From Octopus sinensis (taxonomy: Eukaryota), in the NCBI RefSeq assembly GCF_006345805.1, contig NW_021824356.1, forward strand, positions 1 to 19,004: a stretch of DNA of 19,004 nt. The letters run 5' to 3'. The translations under genes and the position numbers were made by a program. Of the stretch, positions 8,331-19,004 are shown in pieces. The stretch's first letter is position 1. Each line of letters opens with the position of its first letter. Under the pieces are notes generated by a model. That model was not told the DNA's origin. It saw only the letters and a program-made list of their open reading frames with translations, and made no database searches.

Positions 8331-8491
8331 ACGAGCTTCTTTCAGTTTCCGTCTACCAAATCCATTAACAAGGCTTTGGTCAGCCGAGGCTATAGCAGTG
8401 AACATCTTCCCAAGATGACACGCAGTGGAACTGAACCTGGAGCCATGTGGCTGGGAAGCGAGCTTCTTCTCACACAGCCACACCCACACCT
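8331..8491 (-). mobile_element. SINE-B 5' half, inverted relative to 8055-8211
   Basis: Reverse complement aligns with 15877-16038. Confidence 0.85.
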
Positions 8492-8520
8492 ATTGATTAA
8501 TTAGATGAGAAGCGAATGTG

Positions 8521-8792
8521 TGTGGCTTAGTGGTCAGGGTAATCGACTCACGATCGTGAGGCCGTGAGTTTGATACCCATTGCTTCCCGGCCGCTCAGTA
8601 GATAAAAATGAGTCGTACCAGTATTTCAAAGGGCCAGCCTTGTCACATTCTGCGACACACTGAATCTCTCTGAAAACTACGTTACGGGTACACGTGTCTG
8701 TGAAGTTCTCAGCCACTTGCACGTTCATTTCACGAGCAGGCTGTTCCGTCGATCAGATTAAGACTCGCCGTCGTAACCGACGGAGGGCCAGT
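8521..8792 (+). mobile_element. SINE-C (tRNA head) with probable internal deletion
   Basis: A-box TGGCTTAGTGG, B-box-like GAGTTTGATACCC; the body is shared with the split minus copy at 13175-13690. Degenerate TSD ATGAGAAG(C)GAATGTG / ATGAGAAGAGATGTG at 8505-8520 and 8795-8809. Confidence 0.75.
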
Positions 8793-9443
8793 TAATGAGA
8801 AGAGATGTGAAAAAGCGCGTATTGATCTTGATTAAAAGTGGAGCAGATCGACAAAGAGGCAGAAACCGGGAGAGAGAAAAGAAGAAAGGGAAGGAAAAGA
8901 GAGGAAAAGGGAAGGTTGAGAGCGCTGAGGCTAAAACAGTGTATGGTAGTTGCGTGGTCTTATTTATTTATGAAGAATTTAACCCTGAAATCGCTGTTTG
9001 AAGCAGTTCGATATTTGTCTTGTTTGTAGTTTGTGATCTCGTTTGACAGGATGATAGAAAAATAAGGAGGGAGAAAGAGAGAGGGGAGAAAGGGGGAGGA
9101 GAGAGAATAAAGAGAAGAGGGAGAGAGAATAAAGACAAGGGAAGTGAGAGAGTATAGAAAGAGATAGAAAGACAGAGAGATAGAGAAGTGAGGAAATTGT
9201 TTATATTCTGTAAAAAATAATAATTTTTATAAGTTTAAAGCTTATAGGCGATCACCGTGTATTGACCAAAGAAAATAGTCTAGTTTCGGGGCATGTTAGC
9301 CCTAAACGGTAAAAGTGGGTTTTTCCGTACTCATGCAGAAAATTTACGCTTGTTTACATGTTTGGGCATACATTACAACGGTCGTACACACATACGCATT
9401 CCCACAAATACAGACAGACATATACATACATCTAGAATATACA

Positions 9444-9674
9444 TATTTCGTTACTACCCACAAGGGGCTAAACACAGAGAGGACAAAATAGGACAGACAA
9501 ACGGATTAAGTCGATTACATCGACCCCAATGCGTAACTGGTACTTAATTTATCGACCCCGTAAGGATGAAAGGCAAAGTCGATCTCGGCGGAATTTGAAC
9601 TCAGAACGTAATGGCAGACGAAATACGGCTACGCATTCCGCCCGGCGTGCTAACGTTTCTGCCAGCTCACCGCC
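9444..9674 (-). mobile_element. SINE-A, full length
   Basis: Complete head to tail; TSD GAATATACA at 9435-9443 and 9676-9684. Confidence 0.92.
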
Positions 9675-10199
9675 TGAATATACAGTCATGTTCAGACACA
9701 CAGAGACCCACACGCATACGTATATATAATCAAAGCAGACATCGTTAAGGAAAGAACGGCAGAAAAGAGTAAGCATTGCGCGAATAAATATTTTGTCATA
9801 TCGTATCGTGTATTGTGAACAACGATAGCGAAAATGGAGGCATTATAGTAAGTGTGAAAAAATAAAAAGAGAAAGGATAAGATGAATGAGGGCACGAAGA
9901 GGAAAAGAAAAGAAAGAATTAGATGAATGTAGGTACGAGGAGAGATCGGAAAGAAAGAGTGTAAGCTGAATGTGGATGCGATGGGAAAAGAAAGGAAAGG
10001 ATGGAAGTGTGTGTTAGATGGATGTGAAATAAGATAAAGTGAAATGCAATAATATATACAAACTATTTAATGATGAATGTAGGAGGGAATAGGAGACGAC
10101 AAGAGGAAGCGTTTAAGCGATTGGAGAGATAAGAAAGGGAGAAGGGAGAGGAAAGGAAAAGAAAAAAATGAAAAAGGGCTTATTTGTTAGTCATAAAAC

Positions 10200-10560
10200 G
10201 TTTATGTTTTCGTAAAGAAAATGTTAAGGGTTCGGAGAATTTGCAAAGAATTTTGAAATGTTCTTAGGGAATTTTTGGAATTTCAATGAGTTTACAAATC
10301 AACTCAAGGCTAAGAATAATTCACAAATAGAGCCCGGGGTTTTGTTTTTCGTAAAGAAATTTGTGTATGTTTGAAGAATGGGCAAAGAATTTTGAAATCT
10401 TTGTAGAGAATTTTCGAAACATCAACGAATTTACTAACCAACTCCATGAGAAGAATAATGTTTTACAATATAGATTAGTTTTCATGTCTTCATTTAGAAA
10501 TTAGCTTCGGTTCTCTAATTTAATGGATTAAATGGAAACATTAAGATGCTGAAATGTACG
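10200..10560 (+). mobile_element. possible decayed hAT (Charlie/SPIN-like) transposase fragment, tandemly duplicated
   Basis: EEWAKNFEIFVENFRNINEFTNQLHEKNNVLQYRLVFMSSFRN*LRF matches the spacing of the hAT motif W...LAYLADIF..LNELN..LQGKN........IKAFK.KL.LW. A second diverged copy lies 139 bp upstream. Recognised by eye only. Confidence 0.35.
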
Positions 10561-10704
10561 GTAGCGCATAAGTTAAAAGCGAATTTGATTATTGACCAAT
10601 CGTTTTGAGGTTCACGATTCTTTTATGCCTCAAGATCCAAGCATACTGAATAAATGGACTTGTACTATATTTTCTATATTTTGTACTATATTTTCTTTCT
10701 GAAA

Positions 10705-10935
10705 GGCGGCGAGCTGGCAGAAACGTTAACACGCCGGGCGAAATGCGTAGCCGTATTTCGTCTGCCGCTACGTTCTGAGTTCAAATTCCGCCGAGGTCGA
10801 CTTTGCCTTTCATCCTTTCGGGGTCGATAAATTAAGTACCAGTTACGCACTGGGATCGATGTAATCGAGATAATCCGTTTGTCTGTCCTTGTTTGTCCCC
10901 TCTGTGTTTAGCCCCTTGTGGGTAGTAAAGAAATA
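10705..10935 (+). mobile_element. SINE-A, full length, young
   Basis: GGCGGCGAGCTGGCAG...GTAGTAAAGAAATA; TSD TATATTTTCT at 10687-10696 and 10936-10945. Confidence 0.92.
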
Positions 10936-11504
10936 TATATTTTCTATATGTTTTGTTAAAAGAAAGAATTCAAACGAATGCAATTTCGTAGGGTTACGGT
11001 TGACAAAATTACCATATAACAACGCCTTGTTAAAATATTTATCACTGGGTGGAAACGATATAATATTAATACAAGTTATATTGGGATCATGTTGATTCTA
11101 AATATTGAAGAGATGGTTACAGCTGCGACTAACGCTTATAAAGATCTTCATAATAATTGTGGTATCAGTGATAAACAGAAAAGAAATGCTTGTGTGTGAT
11201 AATTAGAAACGTTGTTGTTATTTACATGCTACGCCCAAACTAAAAAGGCGGATTGAAGGAAACTATCAGGAAATTATCTCTTGCTTATTTTTGTATAATA
11301 TGGGTGAGGTCTATGTTCTATTTGGTTACGAACACCGCTTTTGTTTTTTTAGAGTGTTATTATAGTAATGTAAAACATAGTCGAAATTTTCTTTATCACA
11401 AGAAATACTGATGATACATACGTTAATATTATTTGCTAAAGTTTGCAAGACTACATGGAAGGTGGGGTGGTGATTAGAATGTTTGCGGTGCCGAAATTTG
11501 AAAT

Positions 11505-11703
11505 GACAACAATAACAACAACAATAATTGTTGTTGTTGGTATTGTCATTATTATTATTATTATTGTTATTGTTATTATTATTATTATATTATTATTATT
11601 ATTAATATTACTATTATTATTATATTATTATTATTATTATTATTATTTATTATTATTATTTATTATTATTATTATTATATTTATTATTATTATTATTATT
11701 ATT
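11505..11703. repeat. (ATT)n-based microsatellite
   Basis: Direct inspection. Confidence 0.93.
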
Positions 11704-11789
11704 AACCTTACTTTATTTTGACACTCAAACCTCACAAATTACGACTACTTGCGTACTAGTGTACTAGCGTTATGTTTCCGGTCCCAGTA

Positions 11790-11906
11790 TACATACATAC
11801 ATACATAAACAGACACCTTATACATTTACTTACATATATATATGTACACACACATATACGTGCACACGCTCATACACACAGGCACACTCACGCAGGCACA
11901 CACACA

Positions 11907-11966
<60 letters not shown>
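11790..11966. repeat. (CA)n-based microsatellite
   Basis: Direct inspection. Confidence 0.9.
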
Positions 11967-11968
<2 letters not shown>

Positions 11969-12134
11969 GTAATATATGAAAGGTAGAACATGTCGGCAGC
12001 TGTTTAATAATTAGTCTTTCTACACATGCTTGAAATCATCCAAAGCTGCTGGAGTCACACATGTTGGAAACGAAGGTTTTTCCAATGGTAGGTAATAGAT
12101 TCTCATCAACTTCCGGTTTTCACTCTCCGTGCAC

Positions 12135-12174
<40 letters not shown>

Positions 12175-12408
12175 CTTTCCTTCTCGCTCTCTAGATATCG
12201 TTCAATTTGACGCTGTATAATATATCTATCTTCTTATCTAACTCTACATTTGCTTATGTGGTTTGTCTGTCTGTGCCTGTGTCGGTCCATATGACGCTCC
12301 ATACATTTTATGTCTGTCTAACTGCCTGACTGTCTGCCTGTTTGTCATTGTGTCTGACTGGCTGTGTGTATGTCCGTCTCTGTATTAGTCCATATGTCAG
12401 TATATACC

Positions 12409-12830
<422 letters not shown>

Positions 12831-13174
12831 CCACCACCCTCATCTTTGTCTGCACCTGCTCTTTTCATATTTTCTCTAGTTGTATCTATCAATATGTCTA
12901 CATTATGAAGTGTAATAAATCATTTTAGCAACAAACAAGAGAAAGATGCAGAAAATAAATATTTCATCTATTTTCGTTGACGGGTTACTCTACTCCTGGC
13001 TTCCCAAACTGTCTGACTTCTCCCTTTCCATACGGTAATACAATTTATTCCACTTTGATTAAGGTTTATATTCCCTTTTTGCTAACTCAAACCATCAGTA
13101 GTTCACCCACATTCTAGTGTTCTCAAAGATATCTAATTTACAGTCAGCAATATAATTTTTCAATGGATTAATCT

Positions 13175-13690
13175 GCTGGCACTCCGTCCGTTACGACAAC
13201 GAGGGTTCCAGTTGATCCGATCAACGGAACAGCCTACTAGCTGGCAGAATCGTTGAGTTCAAATTCCGTCGAGGTTGACTTTGCCTTTCATCCTTTCAGG
13301 ATCGATTAAATAAGTACCAGTTACGCACTGGGGTCGATATAATCGACTTAATCCGTCTGTCTGTCCTTGTTTGTCCTCTCTGTGTTTAGCCCCTTGTGGG
13401 TAGTAAAGAAATAGGTATTTCGTCTGTCTTCACGTTCTGAGTTCAAATTCCGCCGAGGTTGACTTTACTTTTCATCCTTTCAGGATCGATAAATTAAGTA
13501 CCAGCTGCGTATTGGGGTCGATCTAATCGATTGGCTCCCCCTCCCCAAGTAGAGGAGTAGAAAAGAAAAGAAATTAATCTGGGAGTGGCTGAACACTCCT
13601 ACTACCCTTAACGTAGTTCTCTGAAAGATTCAGCGTGACACAAAATGTGACAAGGCGGGCCCTTCGAAATACAGGTACTATTCATTTCAA
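13175..13690 (-). mobile_element. SINE-C 3' portion, split by a nested SINE-A dimer
   Basis: 13175-13238 and ~13566-13690 are consecutive pieces of the reverse complement of 8600-8792. Confidence 0.8.
13239..13565 (+). mobile_element. SINE-A dimer (tail-A unit plus tail-B unit)
   Basis: The head has a deletion at CGTT microhomology. Junction AAAGAAATA|GGTATTTCG at 13413/13414; the second unit ends in GGCTCCCCCTCCCCAA...GAGTAGAAAAG. Confidence 0.85.
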
Positions 13691-14073
13691 TGAGTAGTTA
13701 TATACTCATTGAAATGTATAATGTGTAATGAAACTACTCATTTCATTACACACGGACAATACCTAGAAACTCGAGTCCGTGTGTATCATGTTAGGTTGAA
13801 GATGGGAAGGATGGCTCCCCTTTGCAGATACTGATAGGGCACAGAAAGTGTGTCTATAGCCAGCTGGAGGTGGTGTCCTCCCGAGTCTACAAGCTACAGT
13901 AGCATCCACCCTTAGGGGTTAGCCACATTTAAGTGGCAAATATACTTCACGATGTCGTGCAGGTACTGCTTATAACTCGCTCAGAGATTTATTATTTCAT
14001 GTGTAAATAAATAGACATTAATTCAATCAAACTAGAATATGCATCGTCAAACTGGCGAAGATCCATTTTTTAA

Positions 14074-14076
<3 letters not shown>

Positions 14077-14142
<66 letters not shown>

Positions 14143-14156
14143 TGTGTGTGTGTGTG
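14077..14156. repeat. (TG)n microsatellite
   Basis: Direct inspection. Confidence 0.97.
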
Positions 14157-14383
14157 TTATAATTTAGAACAGTAAAAGGTTGTTATTATAGTGCTCGGAG
14201 TTTCGAATGTCGGAGCGAAGAGCTACGTACGATACATTCTCGTCGGCTATTAATGGCAACGGTTTTTCATAGTGTCTGTTGCCATTAATAACCAACGAGA
14301 ATGCATCGTAGCTCTTCGCTCCGATATTCGAAACTCCGAGTACTATAACGACAACCATTTATTATTTGTACTAAATTATAACA
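14155..14383. mobile_element. palindromic (fold-back) MITE-like element, ~106-bp arms and 17-nt spacer
   Basis: 14155-14260 is the reverse complement of 14278-14383 apart from scattered substitutions (mostly transitions) and two 4-nt indels. Superfamily not identified. Confidence 0.7.
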
Positions 14384-14441
14384 TATACAAATAAATAATC
14401 CTCTATTTCTCTAATATCAGGTCTCATTCTTTTGTTGTTAC

Positions 14442-14515
<74 letters not shown>
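14442..14515. repeat. (TTA)n microsatellite at the 3' side of the adjacent RLE element
   Basis: Direct inspection. Confidence 0.95.
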
Positions 14516-14516
<1 letters not shown>

Positions 14517-14797
14517 TATGTTTGACTTTTGCTATATATTGGTACAAGTAGGCTCCAAGTCTCACCCAGAGACCTCAAGAGACAACAGGCTGGAAGTTCA
14601 TGTTGTTGTTATGCCTAGTGTGCTTCTTTTGGGTGTTGTACTAGTGAATGTCTAAAAAAAAAAACAAGCACTTCCCCTGCCATTTTTGGGTTTCCTGGTA
14701 TCTGAGTTAGGTAGCAATCAGCCCCTTTTGCTCTCATTCCCAGGGCACCTATGACAACAGGTATTGTTTTAGTGTTCAGGTTCCACATTTTGCTGAT
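14517..14797 (-). mobile_element. short 3' end of a second RLE-type (R4/Dong-like) non-LTR element
   Basis: Minus strand translates ISKMWNLNTKTIPVVIGALGMRAKGADCYLTQIPGNPKMA. The PVVIGALG motif is the RLE C-terminus and is homologous to the end of 5256-5890. A 3' UTR runs into (AAT)n. Confidence 0.8.
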
Positions 14798-14820
14798 TTA
14801 TTATTTATTTATTTATTTAC

Positions 14821-14854
<34 letters not shown>

Positions 14855-14859
14855 ATCAC

Positions 14860-14919
<60 letters not shown>

Positions 14920-14970
14920 TATCATCACCATCATCATCATTATTATTATTAATATTATTATTATAATAAT
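14798..14970. repeat. (TTAT)/(ATT)/(ATC) compound microsatellite
   Basis: Direct inspection. Confidence 0.92.
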
Positions 14971-15876
14971 TTCCAGCTTGGTAGAATCTGTCTCGTCACT
15001 AACATTTTATATCCTCGGTAAAATCCGGGTCCTTAAAAAAGTAAAACTGTGGGTCTACGTAAACAAATCGATTAAATTATATTTATAGGAAAGTTTGTTT
15101 ATAAGAAGAGTTTGGTAGCCAGGGCTGTCCTTGCTCTTAGTCTGAGAGAGAGAAAAAGAAATTGGATCTGGTGTCGCTTCCGTTGCAAAGCAAGTAAATG
15201 AATAAAATATCGCTATTTTCTTTCTCTTTCTGTCTATCTGTTTCACTCTCCTTATTTGTCTTTCTCTGTGTCCTTCATCCCCTCTCTCCCTTTTACCCTT
15301 TCCCTTCATTTCACCCATTTCTCCCTTTCACCTTCTCTTCCCCTTCTCTCTCTCTCCCCCTCTCTCTCTCTTTCTCAACTTTACATTTGGACGAAGGATA
15401 ATATCCCGAAACGTTACATTGGTTACTCCTCACATCCACTAAAATTATGGATCTCTTTTCCGAACCCTTTTCCTATTAATACGCGCGTAGTCCTTAAAAG
15501 ACCCTCTCCCCACATCTGCCACCATCACCACCTCACTAAATATAAAAAAAAAAGAATGTCTTCGTCAAAGACCAACTACATTATAACTACTTATCAATAA
15601 TCTATAATGGACCGTCAACCATCTGTTGAGCAACACTGTCCACTCGGGGCTATACACAACTGATGTTCTGCTCTTATCCTCAAATCTTATTCTCGAACGG
15701 GAAACGATCCGTAGAGCCCTGCGATATAGGATAATGTCAAAGCTCTAAACACTCTCATATATAATATATATATATAATATATATATATTATATATATATA
15801 GTGTATATACATGTGGGTATGTGCGTGTGTGTGTTTTTGTATACAAACGTATATATATTAATATATAAATGTATAT

Positions 15877-16283
15877 GCGCAGGAGTGGCTGTGTGGTAAG
15901 TAGCTTGCTAACCAACCACATGGTTCCGGGTTCAGTCCCACTGCGTGGCACCTTGGACAGGTGTCTTCTACTATAGCCTCGGGCCGACCAATGCCTTGTG
16001 AGTGGATTTGGTAGAAGGAAACTGAAAGAAGCCCGTCGTATATATGTATATATATATATATGTGTATGCGTGTATGTTTGTGTCTGTGTTTGTCCCCCTA
16101 GTATTGCTTGACAACCGATGTTTATGTCCCCGTCACCTAGCGGTTCGGCAAAAGAGACCGATAGAATAAGTACTGGGCTTACAAAGAATAAGTCCCGGGG
16201 TCGACGTGCTCGACTAAAGGCGGTGCTCCAGCATGGCCGCAGTCAAATGACTGAAACAAGTAAAAGAGAAAAAGAGAAAAGAG
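15877..16283 (+). mobile_element. SINE-B, complete: tRNA head, CORE-like centre, internal microsatellite, 3' body, (AAAAGAG)n tail
   Basis: A-box region GGCTGTGTGGTAAG, B-box-like GGGTTCAGTCCC, CORE-like GGCACCTTGGACAGGTGTC, and internal (TA)/(TG) at ~16038-16075. Confidence 0.88.
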
Positions 16284-16544
16284 TATATATATATATATAA
16301 TACAGTTGATCTCGAATGCGATAACACGTCGTTACAAGTGTTTTCCCCTGAAGCAGAGCAAGAACAACCTCCCGTAATATTTAGCTATAAAACTAGTTTT
16401 TCATTAATGGCTTTAATCCTTTCATCGCCAACGTTAATTAAAATTTAATTTTCGTCTCCAATAATTTCTAAGACATTTTGAAGAGGGAGAGCTTCGGAAG
16501 CCGGAAATCCTGAAATCCTCGAAGCCCACCCATAGATACACATA

Positions 16545-17060
16545 AACATGGACACATGCACGCACACACACGCACGCACGCAAACACACACACAACACAC
16601 ACACACACACACACAACACACACACACACACACACACACACGCACGTACGCACGCACACCATTAAGTATGTGCGCATATACATTTATATATTAATATATA
16701 TACGTTTGTATACAAAAACACACACACGCACATACCCACATGTATATACTAATAGTATGTGTATATATATACATTTATATATACACTTGTATATAAAAAA
16801 CACACACGCACGTACATACACATGCACACACACATACATACACACACACACGTATATATATGCCAAGAATGTATATATATTTATTATATATACACTTGTA
16901 TGCAAACACACGCACAGGCTCACGTGCACACACATACACAATTACACACAAGCACACGCACACACACACACTCACACGTTCACATTGATACATACTCACG
17001 TAAATATATGTAACAGTATGTGTATATTTATACTAATAAATACGCATATGTATACTCAAT

Positions 17061-17092
<32 letters not shown>
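16545..17092. repeat. complex CA/TA low-complexity array with ~90-110 bp degenerate higher-order units
   Basis: TATATATAC(G/A)(T/C)TTGTAT..AAA..CACAC.CGCAC recurs at ~16695, ~16777 and ~16886. Confidence 0.8.
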
Positions 17093-17636
17093 CTAGCAAA
17101 ACGCCCCCGTCCAATAGACGGTGCTGAGTTGTCAAACATTTAAACCAAATTTTCTCAAAACGACTTGTCCGACCGTCCCATAGGCCTCCCCTTTGAGAAA
17201 CACTGATTTAACCTAAATTTGAGACACCAACAAAACAAGAAATAAAGATAGACTTTTTTCTATTCCAAAGGAAAACGATTTTATTCACACAAATATGCAA
17301 CCGAAGAGTTTAAAAGTACCAGTAATGATAAGGCTGTTGACTGGGAGAACACAAACATGGTTTAAACAGTAAGCTTGGCAGGAAAGAAACGTGCCTTTAA
17401 GCAGTACAAAAGCAACAAAAAATGGAAGGTGCAGTTATATACATGTTGACAGAAGAAAAGCAGGACAGAAACGGCTTTATCGATCGCATTCTCACCTGGA
17501 ATAGATTTTTGTATTTTTTTTCACGCCCTGATACCGTCGGTATCTACATATCAAATTTGAGCGCAATCGGATGGAGGATGCCCCAGATCCTAGAAAACAG
17601 ACAGACAGACAGAGAGAACGAATTTTATATAATAGA
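17093..17636 (-). mobile_element. non-autonomous Helitron (544 bp)
   Basis: On the minus strand the 5' end is A|TCTATTATATAAAA, followed by (CTGT)n and CCGATTGCGCTCAAATTTG. The 3' end is hairpin CCGTC-TATTG-GACGG, 10 nt, then CTAG|T. It is inserted at A|T with no TSD. Confidence 0.82.
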
Positions 17637-17639
17637 TTT

Positions 17640-17841
17640 GTATATATGCATATACATACAGACATACATGCATGCACACACACCAGACATGTATGTCTAT
17701 AAATATGTGTGCGTATGTGCGTATAATGATACATACATACATACATACATACATACATACATACATACATACATACATACATACATACATACATACATAC
17801 ATACACACCACACACATACAGAAAGATGTATGTTTGTAGAA

Positions 17842-17872
<31 letters not shown>

Positions 17873-17875
17873 CGA

Positions 17876-17905
<30 letters not shown>
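17640..17905. repeat. (TACA)n/(TA)n microsatellites
   Basis: Direct inspection. Confidence 0.92.
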
Positions 17906-17907
<2 letters not shown>

Positions 17908-18329
17908 CATCTTACATTTTGAAGCTACTTCAAAGTTTTCTAATCGCGTTTAAAGGAATTTTCTGTATGTTTCTGCTCTAATAATTTAATTATTCGGCCA
18001 AGAATTTCGTGACTGAAGGAATTAAAAAAAAAAGAACTAAATAATAAAAGTTATGAACTCCACTTAAGTCAAAGTATTTGGAAACATTTAATCTGTAACT
18101 GGACTGGAACATTCGTTAATCTATTAATTAATGTGTAATGATCATTCTAATCTTCCACAAAATAACAAATGTAAAATGGCAGCCATGAATTTATCATTTT
18201 ATTGCGTGTCACGTGGCGTTCATAATGACTTTTCCGTTACTTTCCAATATATTTGCCAGAGACAAATTTTGGCAGAATATATGCACATGAATATTTATGC
18301 CTCTGCTGCTATTCCTATTCTTTCTCACT

Positions 18330-18330
18330 C

Positions 18331-18422
<92 letters not shown>

Positions 18423-18427
18423 GTCTA

Positions 18428-18489
<62 letters not shown>

Positions 18490-18508
18490 CAATCTATCTA
18501 TCTATCTA

Positions 18509-18545
<37 letters not shown>
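18330..18545. repeat. (ATCT)n/(GTCT)n/(CT)n compound microsatellite
   Basis: Direct inspection. Confidence 0.95.
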
Positions 18546-18549
<4 letters not shown>

Positions 18550-18647
18550 CTATTTTCTCTCCGATCCCTTTTGATCAACATTTTACCTTTTTTTTCTCAA
18601 TTTTACTCCTTTTTTCTTTTTCATTTTCGAAAAGAAAAGCTCTACAT

Positions 18648-18694
18648 TTGTATTTGTCCCCTCTGTGTTCAGCCCTGTGTGGCCAGTAAAGAAA
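18648..18694 (+). mobile_element. orphan SINE-A-like 3' tail
   Basis: TTTGTCCCCTCTGTGTTCAGCCCTGTGTGGCCAGTAAAGAAA aligns with the tail-A sequence. Confidence 0.65.
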
Positions 18695-18719
18695 GTTATC
18701 TATCTATCTATAAAAGACA

Positions 18720-18910
18720 GCCCCCCACCTCGGTCACGAGTGACCATAGGATTGCACCTACAAAGTTCTCCTCCAAGGCACAAGTCCGACCGAGGTTGTT
18801 TATAGAAGACCAGCAGTCGCCCATGCATACCTGCCTCCTATCTCCACACCACCGAAGTTATCCAAGGAAAAGGTAAAGACCGGTACAGCTTGGCACCAGT
18901 GACGTCGCAA
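18720..18910 (-). mobile_element. probable 3' part of another interspersed repeat (SINE-like)
   Basis: GC-richer block that I recognise only as resembling an octopus repeat. There is no second copy in this window to confirm it. Confidence 0.3.
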
Positions 18911-19004
18911 AAGGCTCAGTGGATAGAGCTTCGGGCTTATAAACTGATATTTTAATTCTTATTACTTTTCATTTGTCTTGCTCGCTTATGTTTCTGGGTT
19001 TTGC

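Noticed and set aside
11100-11195. Protein-like stretch IEEMVTAATNAYKDLHNNCGISDKQKRNACV
   Set aside because: Short, bounded by stops, with no convincing splice sites or known motif.
16445-16525. Possible terminal exon GFPASEALPLQNVLEIIGDEN on the minus strand
   Set aside because: The acceptor lacks a polypyrimidine tract and no homology was recognised.

Overview
This is eukaryotic, repeat-saturated, apparently intergenic or intronic DNA. The repeat families and microsatellite density look like an Octopus/coleoid cephalopod genome; that is inference from pattern recognition, not a search. I found no intact protein-coding gene, and most ORFs in the supplied track are microsatellite translations. 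The window holds many copies of three tRNA-headed SINE families (labelled A, B, C here), several with target-site duplications (TSDs). It also holds decayed RTE LINE pieces, two RLE-type (R4/Dong-like) non-LTR 3' ends sitting in (TAA)n arrays, a non-autonomous Helitron, a tRNA-Trp pseudogene, a ~230-bp palindromic MITE-like element and a possible hAT transposase relic. The most unusual item is at ~5957-6345 on the minus strand: a tRNA-like Pol III head fused through (AAT)n to a Penelope-type minimal hammerhead ribozyme motif, bounded by a 14-bp inverted repeat. It is a candidate ribozyme-bearing, PLE-dependent SINE or retrozyme-like element. Other notable items are the fixed-junction SINE-A multimers (possible self-targeting) and a perfect 79-bp inverted duplication ending at a SINE 5' end.
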